Assembly: GCF_009914755.1 (NCBI RefSeq)
Contig: NC_060937.1
DNA: 64,000 bases
Source: the human T2T-CHM13v2.0 reference genome, Homo sapiens
Direction: 5' to 3' (one strand)
The translations under genes and the position numbers were made by a program. Under the pieces are notes generated by a model. That model made no database searches and was not told where the DNA came from. It saw only the letters and a list, made by a program, of their open reading frames with translations. Position 1 is the first letter of the stretch, and each line of letters begins with the position of its first letter. Below, in pieces: positions 17,063-37,834 of this stretch.

Positions 17063-19316
17063 TCAAAATGGAAAAAAGAGAGAGAGAAGTTATCCCAATA
17101 AGAAAGATAAAAGTTTTGAAGAGAAACTTCACAGAAGAATCTATGGGTTCGGTCAGTGAGCACACGAAATCCCAATAAGGATGAGAATATGCAAATAAGC
17201 ATGGAGCATCCTGTGGTGCCAGGGAGAAAGGAGCCGCCCAAAACCAAACAAAGCCAAAAGCCACAGCGATGGGAGGTTGACAAAGGGACACGGAAGCCAA
17301 CTAAAGGAGCTCCCGGTGGCCAAAGCTGGAAACATTGAGTAACAAAGTAATTAGCTAAATAATTAATAATTAAATAGTTAAGTAAAATATTTGACAAAAT
17401 AATTAGTTCAATTATTAAATAATTCATCCCCTGAAGTACTGGAGTGTAAACCAAAGCATACAATAGGTGTCCATAAGTCCATACGGATATAAATAAGTGA
17501 TTAAATAAACAAACATGTGGGGGAGAATGGGAAAATCCTCCACACAGGAGAACTCCACAGAACTTAGGTAGCTATTCCCCTGCAAGGAGATAAAGCAAAA
17601 CTTCCCTTTTCTTTACGTATAGGCTACAGGTAGCGACTTCCAGAAAGCACAGTAGAGAAAGAGGTGGGAAAATCACTTTATGGTGGAGAAACCTAATCAA
17701 CACTGCCCCAGCCCGGTGACCAGGACTAATAGCAGCAGTGATAAGCCGGCTTGATGGTGTGTACTCTAGACAGGATGGGATGGGAATGGCGCTTTCCCGC
17801 TGCAATCTTCCTGACAAAAACATATAATTCCAGTCAGATCACAAGGAATACATCACACGAACTTCAGGAGAGGACATCCCACAATATATCTGATCAGTAT
17901 TCAAAGTGTCAGGGTCATCAAAAACAAGGCAAGTGTGAGAAACCGTCGCAGCCAAGGGGAACCGTGACGAGTTGTAAGGTGGTACCCTGGATGGGGTCTT
18001 GGGACAGAAAAGGTATGTGAGGTGAAAGCATAGCAAAACCTCACTTCAACAGGAAATACAACCCAAAAAAATCATTGGCCCGGCATGGTGGCTTGCGCCT
18101 GGGGTCCCAGCGACTCGGGAGGTTGAGCGGGACGGACGGCTTGAGCTCAGGCCTTCCAAACAAGCCTGGGCACATAGCGAAACCTCGTCTCTCCAAAAAA
18201 ATCCGAAAATTATCCCGATGTGGTGGCGCTCACCTGTAGTCCAGCTACTCCGGAGGCCGAGACAGGAGAATCACTTGAACTGATTCTCCTATCTCAGCCC
18301 CCCCCCCCCCCCCCCCCCCACCCCCAAGTAGCCGCAGCGAGCCGAGATGGCACCGCTGCACTCCAGCCTGGGCTACAGAGCGAGAACCCGTCTCTGTAAA
18401 AGACACAAGGATGCAAACCAACCAAATAACCCACTGTGGGATCCCCTCCAGCGTCCTGCTGTGTTTCCCGCTGTCTTCCTCCACCCGTGAGTGCACCCAC
18501 AGCAATAAAAGCCAGCGGTGTGGGTCTCACACGCATCTCCAGCCCCGTCGCCATCGCGCTGAGCTCGACTCTTTTTACAAAAGGCCACTTGACATCCTCA
18601 CTTGGCAGTTCAAAAGCCCCTTCAACCAGATGTGCGCAAGCCAAGCTCCGCAACTTCCCGTTCAGAGCAGGTTCTCGGTCCACCTCTGCCTGAATGAACC
18701 GGCGGGCTACCAAGGCCGCAGTCTCTTCCTCAAGGGCTGTCCACACTGGGTCTCGCTTTCTCTTGGAAATTCCTCTCCCACCAGGGAACTTTCTCCTCCT
18801 CTACCTCCCTGAGTCTCAGTCTAACAGCACCCTGCGCCCAACCCCGAGGGCTGCAATAGCCTTCTTGCCTCTCCTGACTTATTCTGCGGACCCTGGGTTG
18901 GCGCTCCTTCACAGCCAGGCTGGTCGTTTCTGAAATGTTAACCCGCTGCCGGACACCGTTCCACGGTTTTCCGCTGCCTTGGAACAAGACCAGCTCCTGC
19001 GCGGACCCTGCCTCCACCTCGCACCACCTCCGGGCCTGGACTTGGCCTCCCGTCCATTCCCAGAATGTGCCGGGCTCCCTTCCAGTCCGGGCCTCAGCAC
19101 ACTCTCTTCACTCCCCTTCCTCCCTCCCTGCCTCTCCCAACCCGGTTCAGGATGACTAATTTCAAATGTTATGTTCCAGATTTCAGCCCAGATATCCCCG
19201 CTTTGGATGCTTTCCTTGACCATGCTCAGATCTAAGCTAATCGCATCTTGCTGTCAGCCGCTTTCAGGGCACCACACCTCATTGTGCTGACACTCAGAGG
19301 TCATTATGCAATTTTT

Positions 19317-19537
19317 TTTCCTCGATGATTAGATTAATCAATCAACCACGGACGTCTAGAAATGGCGGCATCTCAGAAGGGCCCCCATTTGACTGGCAGG
19401 GGACTGGCCCAATGCGCCTCGCAAGCCCAGCCAGGCCCGCCCCAGCCGGCCCCCCTCTGACGACGCCTGTCCCTTACGCGACTGCCTTGCTGCCATATAA
19501 GAGGGACGGCGCTCGGCCTCCAGCAGTCGGCTTTCTG
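19317..19537 (+). promoter_or_regulatory. Promoter of PRR20 copy 4
   Basis: Same motif set; DUX site at 19326, TATA at 19496. Confidence 0.75.
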
Positions 19538-19881
19538 CTGGGCTCGGAGCCAGAACCTGCTGCGTGCTCCCTCCAGACTCCCTGGCTGCGGGTGGACTAC
19601 CTCAGAGCTACAGCGGTGAACCTGTGGACACCTCCGACTCCTCGGGCCTCTCTTCGTCGAAGAGTCTCCTAATTTTCAGATCTCCGGAGCCAGCTGTGGG
19701 AAGATCAGGTGTGTGTCTGGGAGTCCCGGAGGCGTGGACGGATCTCGGGTGGGTGCAGTTGGGGACAGAATCCTCATTCCCCTAGAAAGGCCACGGCCAT
19801 CCCCCTGCCTTGTCACCTCTGTCTTCCTAAATCCGTTCTTGCTCTCTTGTTTTTCTCCCCAGCCCCTCCCGCCGATTGCTC

Positions 19882-21565
<1,684 letters not shown>

Positions 21566-23334
21566 CCACTATCTGCCACCCACGTTGTTCCCAGCCTCCC
21601 TTCCTTCCACCTGGACGTTCCCCCCAGCCCCACTTCTGCTCCACTCCTCCCCCGACTGGACCTGAAGCCTGAGCTTCCCCTGAACTTGGAGTACGCAACT
21701 TACAACATGCAAGCTGCCAAACACCCTTTCTGTACAAGGCGATTGGAATGGAACTGTCATGTACAGTGAAAGTACACGTCACGTTTTTCAGCCAAGAAGA
21801 AGCCAACCCGGACAACCTGGAAGAAGTGGGATGCAACAAGGATCACTAAGCATGGAAATTAGGAAACTGTATTCTTAAGTCCAGAGAAGTACGATTCTGG
21901 AAAAAGGATTGATGACCTAGAATTAAAATTCCAGAAGACACTCATATAGACATGTGGGACATGCGAAAACTCAGAAGGAGCTAGAAGTTACTAAAGTGCT
22001 TCTCTAGTGCCTGGAGACGATAGACTGGCTGAATATAAGAGCAATAAAAATCTAGACTGACACATTTTTAAGTCTCAACGTGGGTACCCTTTGGGAACCA
22101 CTAAATGAATTGGAATAGAAGGTAAAATTTCAAACAGATTGAGGAAAAAGGGGATCAAAGGACATGTGACGAATCAGACAAAAGGTGTTGGGGTGGGGGG
22201 GGGGGGGCGGTTAACGGAAGCAAGGAGAGTGCATGACTCACTGGAACCGCTAAACCAGGAATCAGTAATTTGACGGCAGTGTCCTTGGCTTCCTCCTGGC
22301 TTTAATGGGAATATGTTGAATGTTTCACCATTAACCAAGATGTTGGCTGTAGGTGTCTCTTAGATGTTTAAGTTGAGTTAGTTCCCATCTTTTCAGAGTT
22401 TGATAAATGTTGTATTATGAACTTTTGTATTTTGTATTTTATTAGGTAGGCTGTTGTTGGCTGGTTTTCACTCCTTTGTAAACGTCCAAATAAAATACAG
22501 ATAACTTTTTACATCAAAGATTTTTCTCTTGTGTACTCAATCCTTCTAAATAAACCTTTCTCTTCAGACTTATTTTATAGAACAGTTCTTTCACTAAACT
22601 TTCACAAATCGCAAATACAAAATGTGTTTACTAAAAGCAGAAAGGAAGGTAGAAAAATGGCTCCAGTCTCTGTTCTCCATTCATATCGCATCTTTCCCCA
22701 TAGTCACACAAGTCTACACCAACAAACGTGTACATTAAGAGCATCGTTTGTGGCTCGCTTTTACAAACACCTGGCGTGCCATGCGCCAGGGGTCCTGCTG
22801 AAGTGACTATAAGGTCCAGGCAGGCAACACAGGTGTGGTCAGGACCAGAGCCTCTGTGGAGTCCGTGCGTCTCCAAACTAGGAACAGGCGACTTCGTATT
22901 GAAGCATGGCATGGAGCACAATGAGCACTGTGCAGTGGGAGCTGCTTCTTGGCTTGCCATTGGGGTCTGTCATCCATAAGCCAGAAAGCCCCCTTGCAGT
23001 CATCCTACGCACATGTGCCACTATCTTCTTGCTGTATATCTGTCTGGAAAGATGCACAGCTTTTACATTATGCAGGTGGTGGTCTGCTGATACGCTACTT
23101 CCAGGATATTTCTACCACCAGAATGCTTCACTAAACATTGGTACGTGGAGTAAGACAGGGTCTCATTCCGTCATCCAGGCTGGAGTGCAGTGGTGCAATC
23201 ACAGCTCAGCGCAGCCTGCGCCTCCTCAGCTCGGGTGATCCTCCAACATCAGGTTGCCAAGTAGCTCAGACTGCAGGCAGGCACCAAGAGCCCTTGGTAA
23301 TTCCTCCTGGTTTATTTATTCGTTCATTTATTTA

Positions 23335-23633
<299 letters not shown>

Positions 23634-25887
23634 TCAAAATGGAAAAAAGAGAGAGAGAAGTTATCCCAATAAGAAAGATAAAAGTTTTGAAGAGAAACTT
23701 CACAGAAGAATCTATGGGTTCGGTCAGTGAGCACACGAAATCCCAATAAGGATGAGAATATGCAAATAAGCATGGAGCATCCTGTGGTGCCAGGGAGAAA
23801 GGAGCCGCCCAAAACCAAACAAAGCCAAAAGCCACAGCGATGGGAGGTTGACAAAGGGACACGGAAGCCAACTAAAGGAGCTCCCGGTGGCCAAAGCTGG
23901 AAACATTGAGTAACAAAGTAATTAGCTAAATAATTAATAATTAAATAGTTAAGTAAAATATTTGACAAAATAATTAGTTCAATTATTAAATAATTCATCC
24001 CCTGAAGTACTGGAGTGTAAACCAAAGCATACAATAGGTGTCCATAAGTCCATACGGATATAAATAAGTGATTAAATAAACAAACATGTGGGGGAGAATG
24101 GGAAAATCCTCCACACAGGAGAACTCCACAGAACTTAGGTAGCTATTCCCCTGCAAGGAGATAAAGCAAAACTTCCCTTTTCTTTACGTATAGGCTACAG
24201 GTAGCGACTTCCAGAAAGCACAGTAGAGAAAGAGGTGGGAAAATCACTTTATGGTGGAGAAACCTAATCAACACTGCCCCAGCCCGGTGACCAGGACTAA
24301 TAGCAGCAGTGATAAGCCGGCTTGATGGTGTGTACTCTAGACAGGATGGGATGGGAATGGCGCTTTCCCGCTGCAATCTTCCTGACAAAAACATATAATT
24401 CCAGTCAGATCACAAGGAATACATCACACGAACTTCAGGAGAGGACATCCCACAATATATCTGATCAGTATTCAAAGTGTCAGGGTCATCAAAAACAAGG
24501 CAAGTGTGAGAAACCGTCGCAGCCAAGGGGAACCGTGACGAGTTGTAAGGTGGTACCCTGGATGGGGTCTTGGGACAGAAAAGGTATGTGAGGTGAAAGC
24601 ATAGCAAAACCTCACTTCAACAGGAAATACAACCCAAAAAAATCATTGGCCCGGCATGGTGGCTTGCGCCTGGGGTCCCAGCGACTCGGGAGGTTGAGCG
24701 GGACGGACGGCTTGAGCTCAGGCCTTCCAAACAAGCCTGGGCACATAGCGAAACCTCGTCTCTCCAAAAAAATCCGAAAATTATCCCGATGTGGTGGCGC
24801 TCACCTGTAGTCCAGCTACTCCGGAGGCCGAGACAGGAGAATCACTTGAACTGATTCTCCTATCTCAGCCCCCCCCCCCCCCCCCCCCCCACCCCCAAGT
24901 AGCCGCAGCGAGCCGAGATGGCACCGCTGCACTCCAGCCTGGGCTACAGAGCGAGAACCCGTCTCTGTAAAAGACACAAGGATGCAAACCAACCAAATAA
25001 CCCACTGTGGGATCCCCTCCAGCGTCCTGCTGTGTTTCCCGCTGTCTTCCTCCACCCGTGAGTGCACCCACAGCAATAAAAGCCAGCGGTGTGGGTCTCA
25101 CACGCATCTCCAGCCCCGTCGCCATCGCGCTGAGCTCGACTCTTTTTACAAAAGGCCACTTGACATCCTCACTTGGCAGTTCAAAAGCCCCTTCAACCAG
25201 ATGTGCGCAAGCCAAGCTCCGCAACTTCCCGTTCAGAGCAGGTTCTCGGTCCACCTCTGCCTGAATGAACCGGCGGGCTACCAAGGCCGCAGTCTCTTCC
25301 TCAAGGGCTGTCCACACTGGGTCTCGCTTTCTCTTGGAAATTTCTCTCCCACCAGGGAACTTTCTCCTCCTCTACCTCCCTGAGTCTCAGTCTAACAGCA
25401 CCCTGCGCCCAACCCCGAGGGCTGCAATAGCCTTCTTGCCTCTCCTGACTTATTCTGCGGACCCTGGGTTGGCGCTCCTTCACAGCCAGGCTGGTCGTTT
25501 CTGAAATGTTAACCCGCTGCCGGACACCGTTCCACGGTTTTCCGCTGCCTTGGAACAAGACCAGCTCCTGCGCGGACCCTGCCTCCACCTCGCACCACCT
25601 CCGGGCCTGGACTTGGCCTCCCGTCCATTCCCAGAATGTGCCGGGCTCCCTTCCAGTCCGGGCCTCAGCACACTCTCTTCACTCCCCTTCCTCCCTCCCT
25701 GCCTCTCCCAACCCGGTTCAGGATGACTAATTTCAAATGTTATGTTCCAGATTTCAGCCCAGATATCCCCGCTTTGGATGCTTTCCTTGACCATGCTCAG
25801 ATCTAAGCTAATCGCATCTTGCTGTCAGCCGCTTTCAGGGCACCACACCTCATTGTGCTGACACTCAGAGGTCATTATGCAATTTTT

Positions 25888-26108
25888 TTTCCTCGATGAT
25901 TAGATTAATCAATCAACCACGGACGTCTAGAAATGGCGGCATCTCAGAAGGGCCCCCATTTGACTGGCAGGGGACTGGCCCAATGCGCCTCGCAAGCCCA
26001 GCCAGGCCCGCCCCAGCCGGCCCCCCTCTGACGACGCCTGTCCCTTACGCGACTGCCTTGCTGCCATATAAGAGGGACGGCGCTCGGCCTCCAGCAGTCG
26101 GCTTTCTG
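25888..26108 (+). promoter_or_regulatory. Promoter of PRR20 copy 5
   Basis: Same motif set; DUX site at 25897, TATA at 26067. Confidence 0.75.
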
Positions 26109-26452
26109 CTGGGCTCGGAGCCAGAACCTGCTGCGTGCTCCCTCCAGACTCCCTGGCTGCGGGTGGACTACCTCAGAGCTACAGCGGTGAACCTGTGGAC
26201 ACCTCCGACTCCTCGGGCCTCTCTTCGTCGAAGAGTCTCCTAATTTTCAGATCTCCGGAGCCAGCTGTGGGAAGATCAGGTGTGTGTCTGGGAGTCCCGG
26301 AGGCGTGGACGGATCTCGGGTGGGTGCAGTTGGGGACAGAATCCTCATTCCCCTAGAAAGGCCACGGCCATCCCCCTGCCTTGTCACCTCTGTCTTCCTA
26401 AATCCGTTCTTGCTCTCTTGTTTTTCTCCCCAGCCCCTCCCGCCGATTGCTC

Positions 26453-28136
<1,684 letters not shown>

Positions 28137-29905
28137 CCACTATCTGCCACCCACGTTGTTCCCAGCCTCCCTTCCTTCCACCTGGACGTTCCCCCCAGCC
28201 CCACTTCTGCTCCACTCCTCCCCCGACTGGACCTGAAGCCTGAGCTTCCCCTGAACTTGGAGTACGCAACTTACAACATGCAAGCTGCCAAACACCCTTT
28301 CTGTACAAGGCGATTGGAATGGAACTGTCATGTACAGTGAAAGTACACGTCACGTTTTTCAGCCAAGAAGAAGCCAACCCGGACAACCTGGAAGAAGTGG
28401 GATGCAACAAGGATCACTAAGCATGGAAATTAGGAAACTGTATTCTTAAGTCCAGAGAAGTACGATTCTGGAAAAAGGATTGATGACCTAGAATTAAAAT
28501 TCCAGAAGACACTCATATAGACATGTGGGACATGCGAAAACTCAGAAGGAGCTAGAAGTTACTAAAGTGCTTCTCTAGTGCCTGGAGACGATAGACTGGC
28601 TGAATATAAGAGCAATAAAAATCTAGACTGACACATTTTTAAGTCTCAACGTGGGTACCCTTTGGGAACCACTAAATGAATTGGAATAGAAGGTAAAATT
28701 TCAAACAGATTGAGGAAAAAGGGGATCAAAGGACATGTGACGAATCAGACAAAAGGTGTTGGGGTGGGGGGGGGGGGGCGGTTAACGGAAGCAAGGAGAG
28801 TGCATGACTCACGGGAACCGCTAAACCAGGAATCAGTAATTTGACGGCAGTGTCCTTGGCTTCCTCCTGGCTTTAATGGGAATATGTTGAATGTTTCACC
28901 ATTAACCAAGATGTTGGCTGTAGGTGTCTCTTAGATGTTTAAGTTGAGTTAGTTCCCATCTTTTCAGAGTTTGATAAATGTTGTATTATGAACTTTTGTA
29001 TTTTGTATTTTATTAGGTAGGCTGTTGTTGGCTGGTTTTCACTCCTTTGTAAACGTCCAAATAAAATACAGATAACTTTTTACATCAAAGATTTTTCTCT
29101 TGTGTACTCAATCCTTCTAAATAAACCTTTCTCTTCAGACTTATTTTATAGAACAGTTCTTTCACTAAACTTTCACAAATCGCAAATACAAAATGTGTTT
29201 ACTAAAAGCAGAAAGGAAGGTAGAAAAATGGCTCCAGTCTCTGTTCTCCATTCATATCGCATCTTTCCCCATAGTCACACAAGTCTACACCAACAAACGT
29301 GTACATTAAGAGCATCGTTTGTGGCTCGCTTTTACAAACACCTGGCGTGCCATGCGCCAGGGGTCCTGCTGAAGTGACTATAAGGTCCAGGCAGGCAACA
29401 CAGGTGTGGTCAGGACCAGAGCCTCTGTGGAGTCCGTGCGTCTCCAAACTAGGAACAGGCGACTTCGTATTGAAGCATGGCATGGAGCACAATGAGCACT
29501 GTGCAGTGGGAGCTGCTTCTTGGCTTGCCATTGGGGTCTGTCATCCATAAGCCAGAAAGCCCCCTTGCAGTCATCCTACGCACATGTGCCACTATCTTCT
29601 TGCTGTATATCTGTCTGGAAAGATGCACAGCTTTTACATTATGCAGGTGGTGGTCTGCTGATACGCTACTTCCAGGATATTTCTACCACCAGAATGCTTC
29701 ACTAAACATTGGTACGTGGAGTAAGACAGGGTCTCATTCCGTCATCCAGGCTGGAGTGCAGTGGTGCAATCACAGCTCAGCGCAGCCTGCGCCTCCTCAG
29801 CTCGGGTGATCCTCCAACATCAGGTTGCCAAGTAGCTCAGACTGCAGGCAGGCACCAAGAGCCCTTGGTAATTCCTCCTGGTTTATTTATTCGTTCATTT
29901 ATTTA

Positions 29906-30204
<299 letters not shown>

Positions 30205-32292
30205 TCAAAATGGAAAAAAGAGAGAGAGAAGTTATCCCAATAAGAAAGATAAAAGTTTTGAAGAGAAACTTCACAGAAGAATCTATGGGTTCGGTCAGTG
30301 AGCACACGAAATCCCAATAAGGATGAGAATATGCAAATAAGCATGGAGCATCCTGTGGTGCCAGGGAGAAAGGAGCCGCCCAAAACCAAACAAAGCCAAA
30401 AGCCACAGCGATGGGAGGTTGACAAAGGGACACGGAAGCCAACTAAAGGAGCTCCCGGTGGCCAAAGCTGGAAACATTGAGTAACAAAGTAATTAGCTAA
30501 ATAATTAATAATTAAATAGTTAAGTAAAATATTTGACAAAATAATTAGTTCAATTATTAAATAATTCATCCCCTGAAGTACTGGAGTGTAAACCAAAGCA
30601 TACAATAGGTGTCCATAAGTCCATACGGATATAAATAAGTGATTAAATAAACAAACATGTGGGGGAGAATGGGAAAATCCTCCACACAGGAGAACTCCAC
30701 AGAACTTAGGTAGCTATTCCCCTGCAAGGAGATAAAGCAAAACTTCCCTTTTCTTTACGTATAGGCTACAGGTAGCGACTTCCAGAAAGCACAGTAGAGA
30801 AAGAGGTGGGAAAATCACTTTATGGTGGAGAAACCTAATCAACACTGCCCCAGCCCGGTGACCAGGACTAATAGCAGCAGTGATAAGCCGGCTTGATGGT
30901 GTGTACTCTAGACAGGATGGGATGGGAATGGCGCTTTCCCGCTGCAATCTTCCTGACAAAAACATATAATTCCAGTCAGATCACAAGGAATACATCACAC
31001 GAACTTCAGGAGAGGACATCCCACAATATATCTGATCAGTATTCAAAGTGTCAGGGTCATCAAAAACAAGGCAAGTGTGAGAAACCGTCGCAGCCAAGGG
31101 GAACCGTGACGAGTTGTAAGGTGGTACCCTGGATGGGGTCTTGGGACAGAAAAGGTATGTGAGGTGAAAGCATAGCAAAACCTCACTTCAACAGGAAATA
31201 CAACCCAAAAAAATCATTGGCCCGGCATGGTGGCTTGCGCCTGGGGTCCCAGCGACTCGGGAGGTTGAGCGGGACGGACGGCTTGAGCTCAGGCCTTCCA
31301 AACAAGCCTGGGCACATAGCGAAACCTCGTCTCTCCAAAAAAATCCGAAAATTATCCCGATGTGGTGGCGCTCACCTGTAGTCCAGCTACTCCGGAGGCC
31401 GAGACAGGAGAATCACTTGAACTGATTCTCCTATCTCAGCCCCCCCCCCCCCCCCCACCCCCAAGTAGCCGCAGCGAGCCGAGATGGCACCGCTGCACTC
31501 CAGCCTGGGCTACAGAGCGAGAACCCGTCTCTGTAAAAGACACAAGGATGCAAACCAACCAAATAACCCACTGTGGGATCCCCTCCAGCGTCCTGCTGTG
31601 TTTCCCGCTGTCTTCCTCCACCCGTGAGTGCACCCACAGCAATAAAAGCCAGCGGTGTGGGTCTCACACGCATCTCCAGCCCCGTCGCCATCGCGCTGAG
31701 CTCGACTCTTTTTACAAAAGGCCACTTGACATCCTCACTTGGCAGTTCAAAAGCCCCTTCAACCAGATGTGCGCAAGCCAAGCTCCGCAACTTCCCGTTC
31801 AGAGCAGGTTCTCGGTCCACCTCTGCCTGAATGAACCGGCGGGCTACCAAGGCCGCAGTCTCTTCCTCAAGGGCTGTCCACACTGGGTCTCGCTTTCTCT
31901 TGGAAATTCCTCTCCCACCAGGGAACTTTCTCCTCCTCTACCTCCCTGAGTCTCAGTCTAACAGCACCCTGCGCCCAACCCCGAGGGCTGCAATAGCCTT
32001 CTTGCCTCTCCTGACTTATTCTGCGGACCCTGGGTTGGCGCTCCTTCACAGCCAGGCTGGTCGTTTCTGAAATGTTAACCCGCTGCCGGACACCGTTCCA
32101 CGGTTTTCCGCTGCCTTGGAACAAGACCAGCTCCTGCGCGGACCCTGCCTCCACCTCGCACCACCTCCGGGCCTGGACTTGGCCTCCCGTCCATTCCCAG
32201 AATGTGCCGGGCTCCCTTCCAGTCCGGGCCTCAGCACACTCTCTTCACTCCCCTTCCTCCCTCCCTGCCTCTCCCAACCCGGTTCAGGATGA

Positions 32293-34300
<2,008 letters not shown>

Positions 34301-34887
34301 TTAAGACTTATTTTATACTACAGTTCTTTTGCTAAAATATCACCAATTACAAATATAAAATGTGTTTACTTAACCCAGAAAAAAGGTAGAAAAATAATAT
34401 CTGCTGTCTCTGTTCTCCTTTCATATTGCATCTTTCCCCATAATCACACAAGTCTATACAAACTAACGTAAATATTAAGAGCATCGTTTGTGGCTTGACT
34501 TTACAAACACCTGGCATGCCATCTGCCAGGGGTCATGCTGAAGTGAATATAGGGTCCAGGCAGGTAACGCAGGTGTGGTCGGACCAGCACCTCTGTGGAG
34601 CCCATGCCTCTCCATACTAGGCACAGGCGACTTCGTATTGAAACATGGCATGGATCACAATGCACACTGTGCAGTGATAGCTGCTTCTTGGCTTGCCATA
34701 GGGATCTGTCATCCATAAGCCAGAAAGCACCCTCTCAATCATCCTACACACATGTGCCACTATCTTCTTGCTGTATATCTGTCTGAAAGATGCACAGGCT
34801 TTAAGTTGTGCAAGTGATGGTCTGCTGATAGTGTGCTTCCAGGATGTTTCTACCACCAAAATGCTTAATTAAACATTTGTACATAGA

Positions 34888-35058
34888 GTAAGACAGGGTC
34901 TCATTCAGTCATCCAGGCTGGAGTACAGTGGTGGAATCATAGCTCACTGCAGCCTGTACTGCCTGAGCTCAGGTGATCCTCCCACATCGGCCTGCTAAGT
35001 AGCTGGGACTACAGGCAGGCACAAAGACCCCTTGGTAATTTCTCTTGGTGTATGTATG

Positions 35059-35089
<31 letters not shown>

Positions 35090-35492
35090 GTATTTATTTT
35101 GAAACAGAGTCTCACTCTTTCACCCAGGCTGGAGTGCAGTGGCTTCAGCTCACTGAAACCTCTCCTCCCCTGGTTGAAGCGATTCTCATGCCTCAGTCTC
35201 CCAAGTAGCTGGGACCACAGTCCTGTGCCACCACGCCTGGCTAATTTTGTATTTTTAGTAGAGATGGAGCTTCACCATGTTGGCCAGGCTGGTCTCAAAC
35301 TCCTGATCTCAAGTTATCTGCCCACCTTGGCCTCCTAAAGTGCTGGAATTACAGGCATGAGTCAACACACCCAGCCAACTGGGGTTTCATCATGTTGTGA
35401 AGGCTGGTCTTGAACTCGTGAGCTCAAGCCATCTGCCCACCTTGGCCTCCTGAAGTGCTGGGATTATAGGTGTGAACCACCGCACCCGACCT
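34888..35492 (-). mobile_element. Nested Alus: old (AluJ-like) element split by an AluS-like element with a (GTAT)n tail
   Basis: Right arm 34888-35040, microsatellite 35049-35090, complete Alu ~35095-35378, left arm ~35380-35492. Confidence 0.8.
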
Positions 35493-35624
35493 TTTTTGCA
35501 AAAATCTTTATGAAATAAATTCTCAAAGTGAGATTCCTACACCAATTGGTATGGCCATATTTTATTTTATTTATTTACTCTTAATTTAACAGTTAAGTTA
35601 CATTAATTTATCTTTTATGTTAAA

Positions 35625-35945
35625 TTAGGATCCAGCATGTGTTGTTCCCCTCTATGTGTCCATGTGTGTTCACCGTTTAGCTCCCACTTATAAGTGACAG
35701 CATTGTGGTAATTGGTTTTCTGTTTCCGTGTTAGTTTGTTAAGGATAATGGCCTCCAGCTCCATCTGTGTTCTTGCAAAGGATGTGATCTTGTTTTTGTC
35801 ATGTCTGTGTAGTATTTCATGCTGTATACATTGATGGGTATTTCAGTTGATTCCATGTCTTTGCCATTGTGAATAGTGCTGCAATGAACATACCCATGCA
35901 TGTGTCTTTATAATTGATTTATATCCCTTTGGGTATATACCCAGC
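35625..35945 (-). mobile_element. L1 (L1PA/PB-like) 3' end fragment
   Basis: TTTAGCTCCCACTTATAAGTGA...GGATAATGGCCTCCAGCTCCATC...TGTGAATAGTGCTGCAATGAACATA. Confidence 0.8.
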
Positions 35946-37142
35946 AATAAATGTTGGGACGCTATAATTTTTTCCAGTCTCTTGGATAAAAATGTTATCT
36001 TATTGTTTTTCAAATTTGAGTTTCCTCCTACTAATAAAGTTCAGTATCTTTTTGTGGATTTATTGACCACTATTATAATCTTTTTCTGTTAATTTCTAAT
36101 ATATCATTTTTATACAATTTTCTGTTGGATTTTATATCTTCTGCTTATCAATTTGTAGGAACTCATGTGAAAAGTGCATAAGTTCTGCAGTTCTGCTCCA
36201 TCTTCCAATATTCCTCAGGTTTCCTGGGGTTCTCCTGGCTCATCCTCTAAGCCCCTGCCCTCATCCCTCCAACACTTTGCTAAACAAGACTTGGTTCCCT
36301 TTACTTCCCCACTTTTGGAAATCCTGCTTCTCCTTTGGAAATCCTGGTGTGTTTGTGGAAGTAGTTGTCTTGGGCCATATGTGGAACCAGCTTCAGTTGT
36401 GGGTGCAGGTAGATGCGTCAGCAGATCCTGGGTTGGTGTGATCTCAGTGCAGGACAGTCCTTTCGGTAGGACCAGGTGCTTACATGGAAGCAGGACTCCT
36501 TTGGGAGTCAGGCTGCTGCTGATCTCCCCACCCTGGAGGAGACGGAATTCTTTTCTGAGTTATGGGGGATATCCTTGGTGCCCTGGAGGGCACTCAGACC
36601 ACAGCCAAATCAGCCTATGGGTTTCAGTAAGTGACGTAACTTAGAGCACATGAGGCTTCTTTGTGGGACCCCTCTGCAAGCTGCCTCAGCCTCTTCAAGT
36701 TTCACTGTCCACCTCTACCCGATCAGACCAGGCTTCAGTGTCCCCACATAGGACCCCCTCCCCTGAGACCTCACCTTAGGGGAATCCAAGCATGGGAAGA
36801 AAGAAGTGAGCCTGAGGGAGGGGAGGCAAGTCTAGAAACCAGGAAGCTTATTGCAGGCTGCACACCATGTCCCCTGTATTTCAAAACATTTGCATTTCCC
36901 TGCTGACCCTGTGATGTTGCCTAATGCCTGTTCCTATGTTTCTTGGCCATGCGGATATTTATTTTATAAAGTGTCTGTTCAAGTCCTTTGCCTATTTTGC
37001 TATTTGCTGGTCTTCTGATTCTTGTATAATTTTTATTTTTCAAAGGTCAGATATTTTAAAAAGCAAAGTCAAACTCTCTTATACTGCGTGCTTCAGTCTT
37101 AGGCAGGTTTTATGTCATTGTTATGTTCCCAAAACAATGTAG

Positions 37143-37785
<643 letters not shown>

Positions 37786-37834
37786 CAGTATTTTCAGGTC
37801 TTATATGAATGATATTCTACTGTACATATCCTTT

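Noticed and set aside
36174-36906. 156-aa and 81-aa ORFs in a GC-richer patch
   Set aside because: Non-ATG starts, no recognisable homology or splice context; I could not classify this segment.
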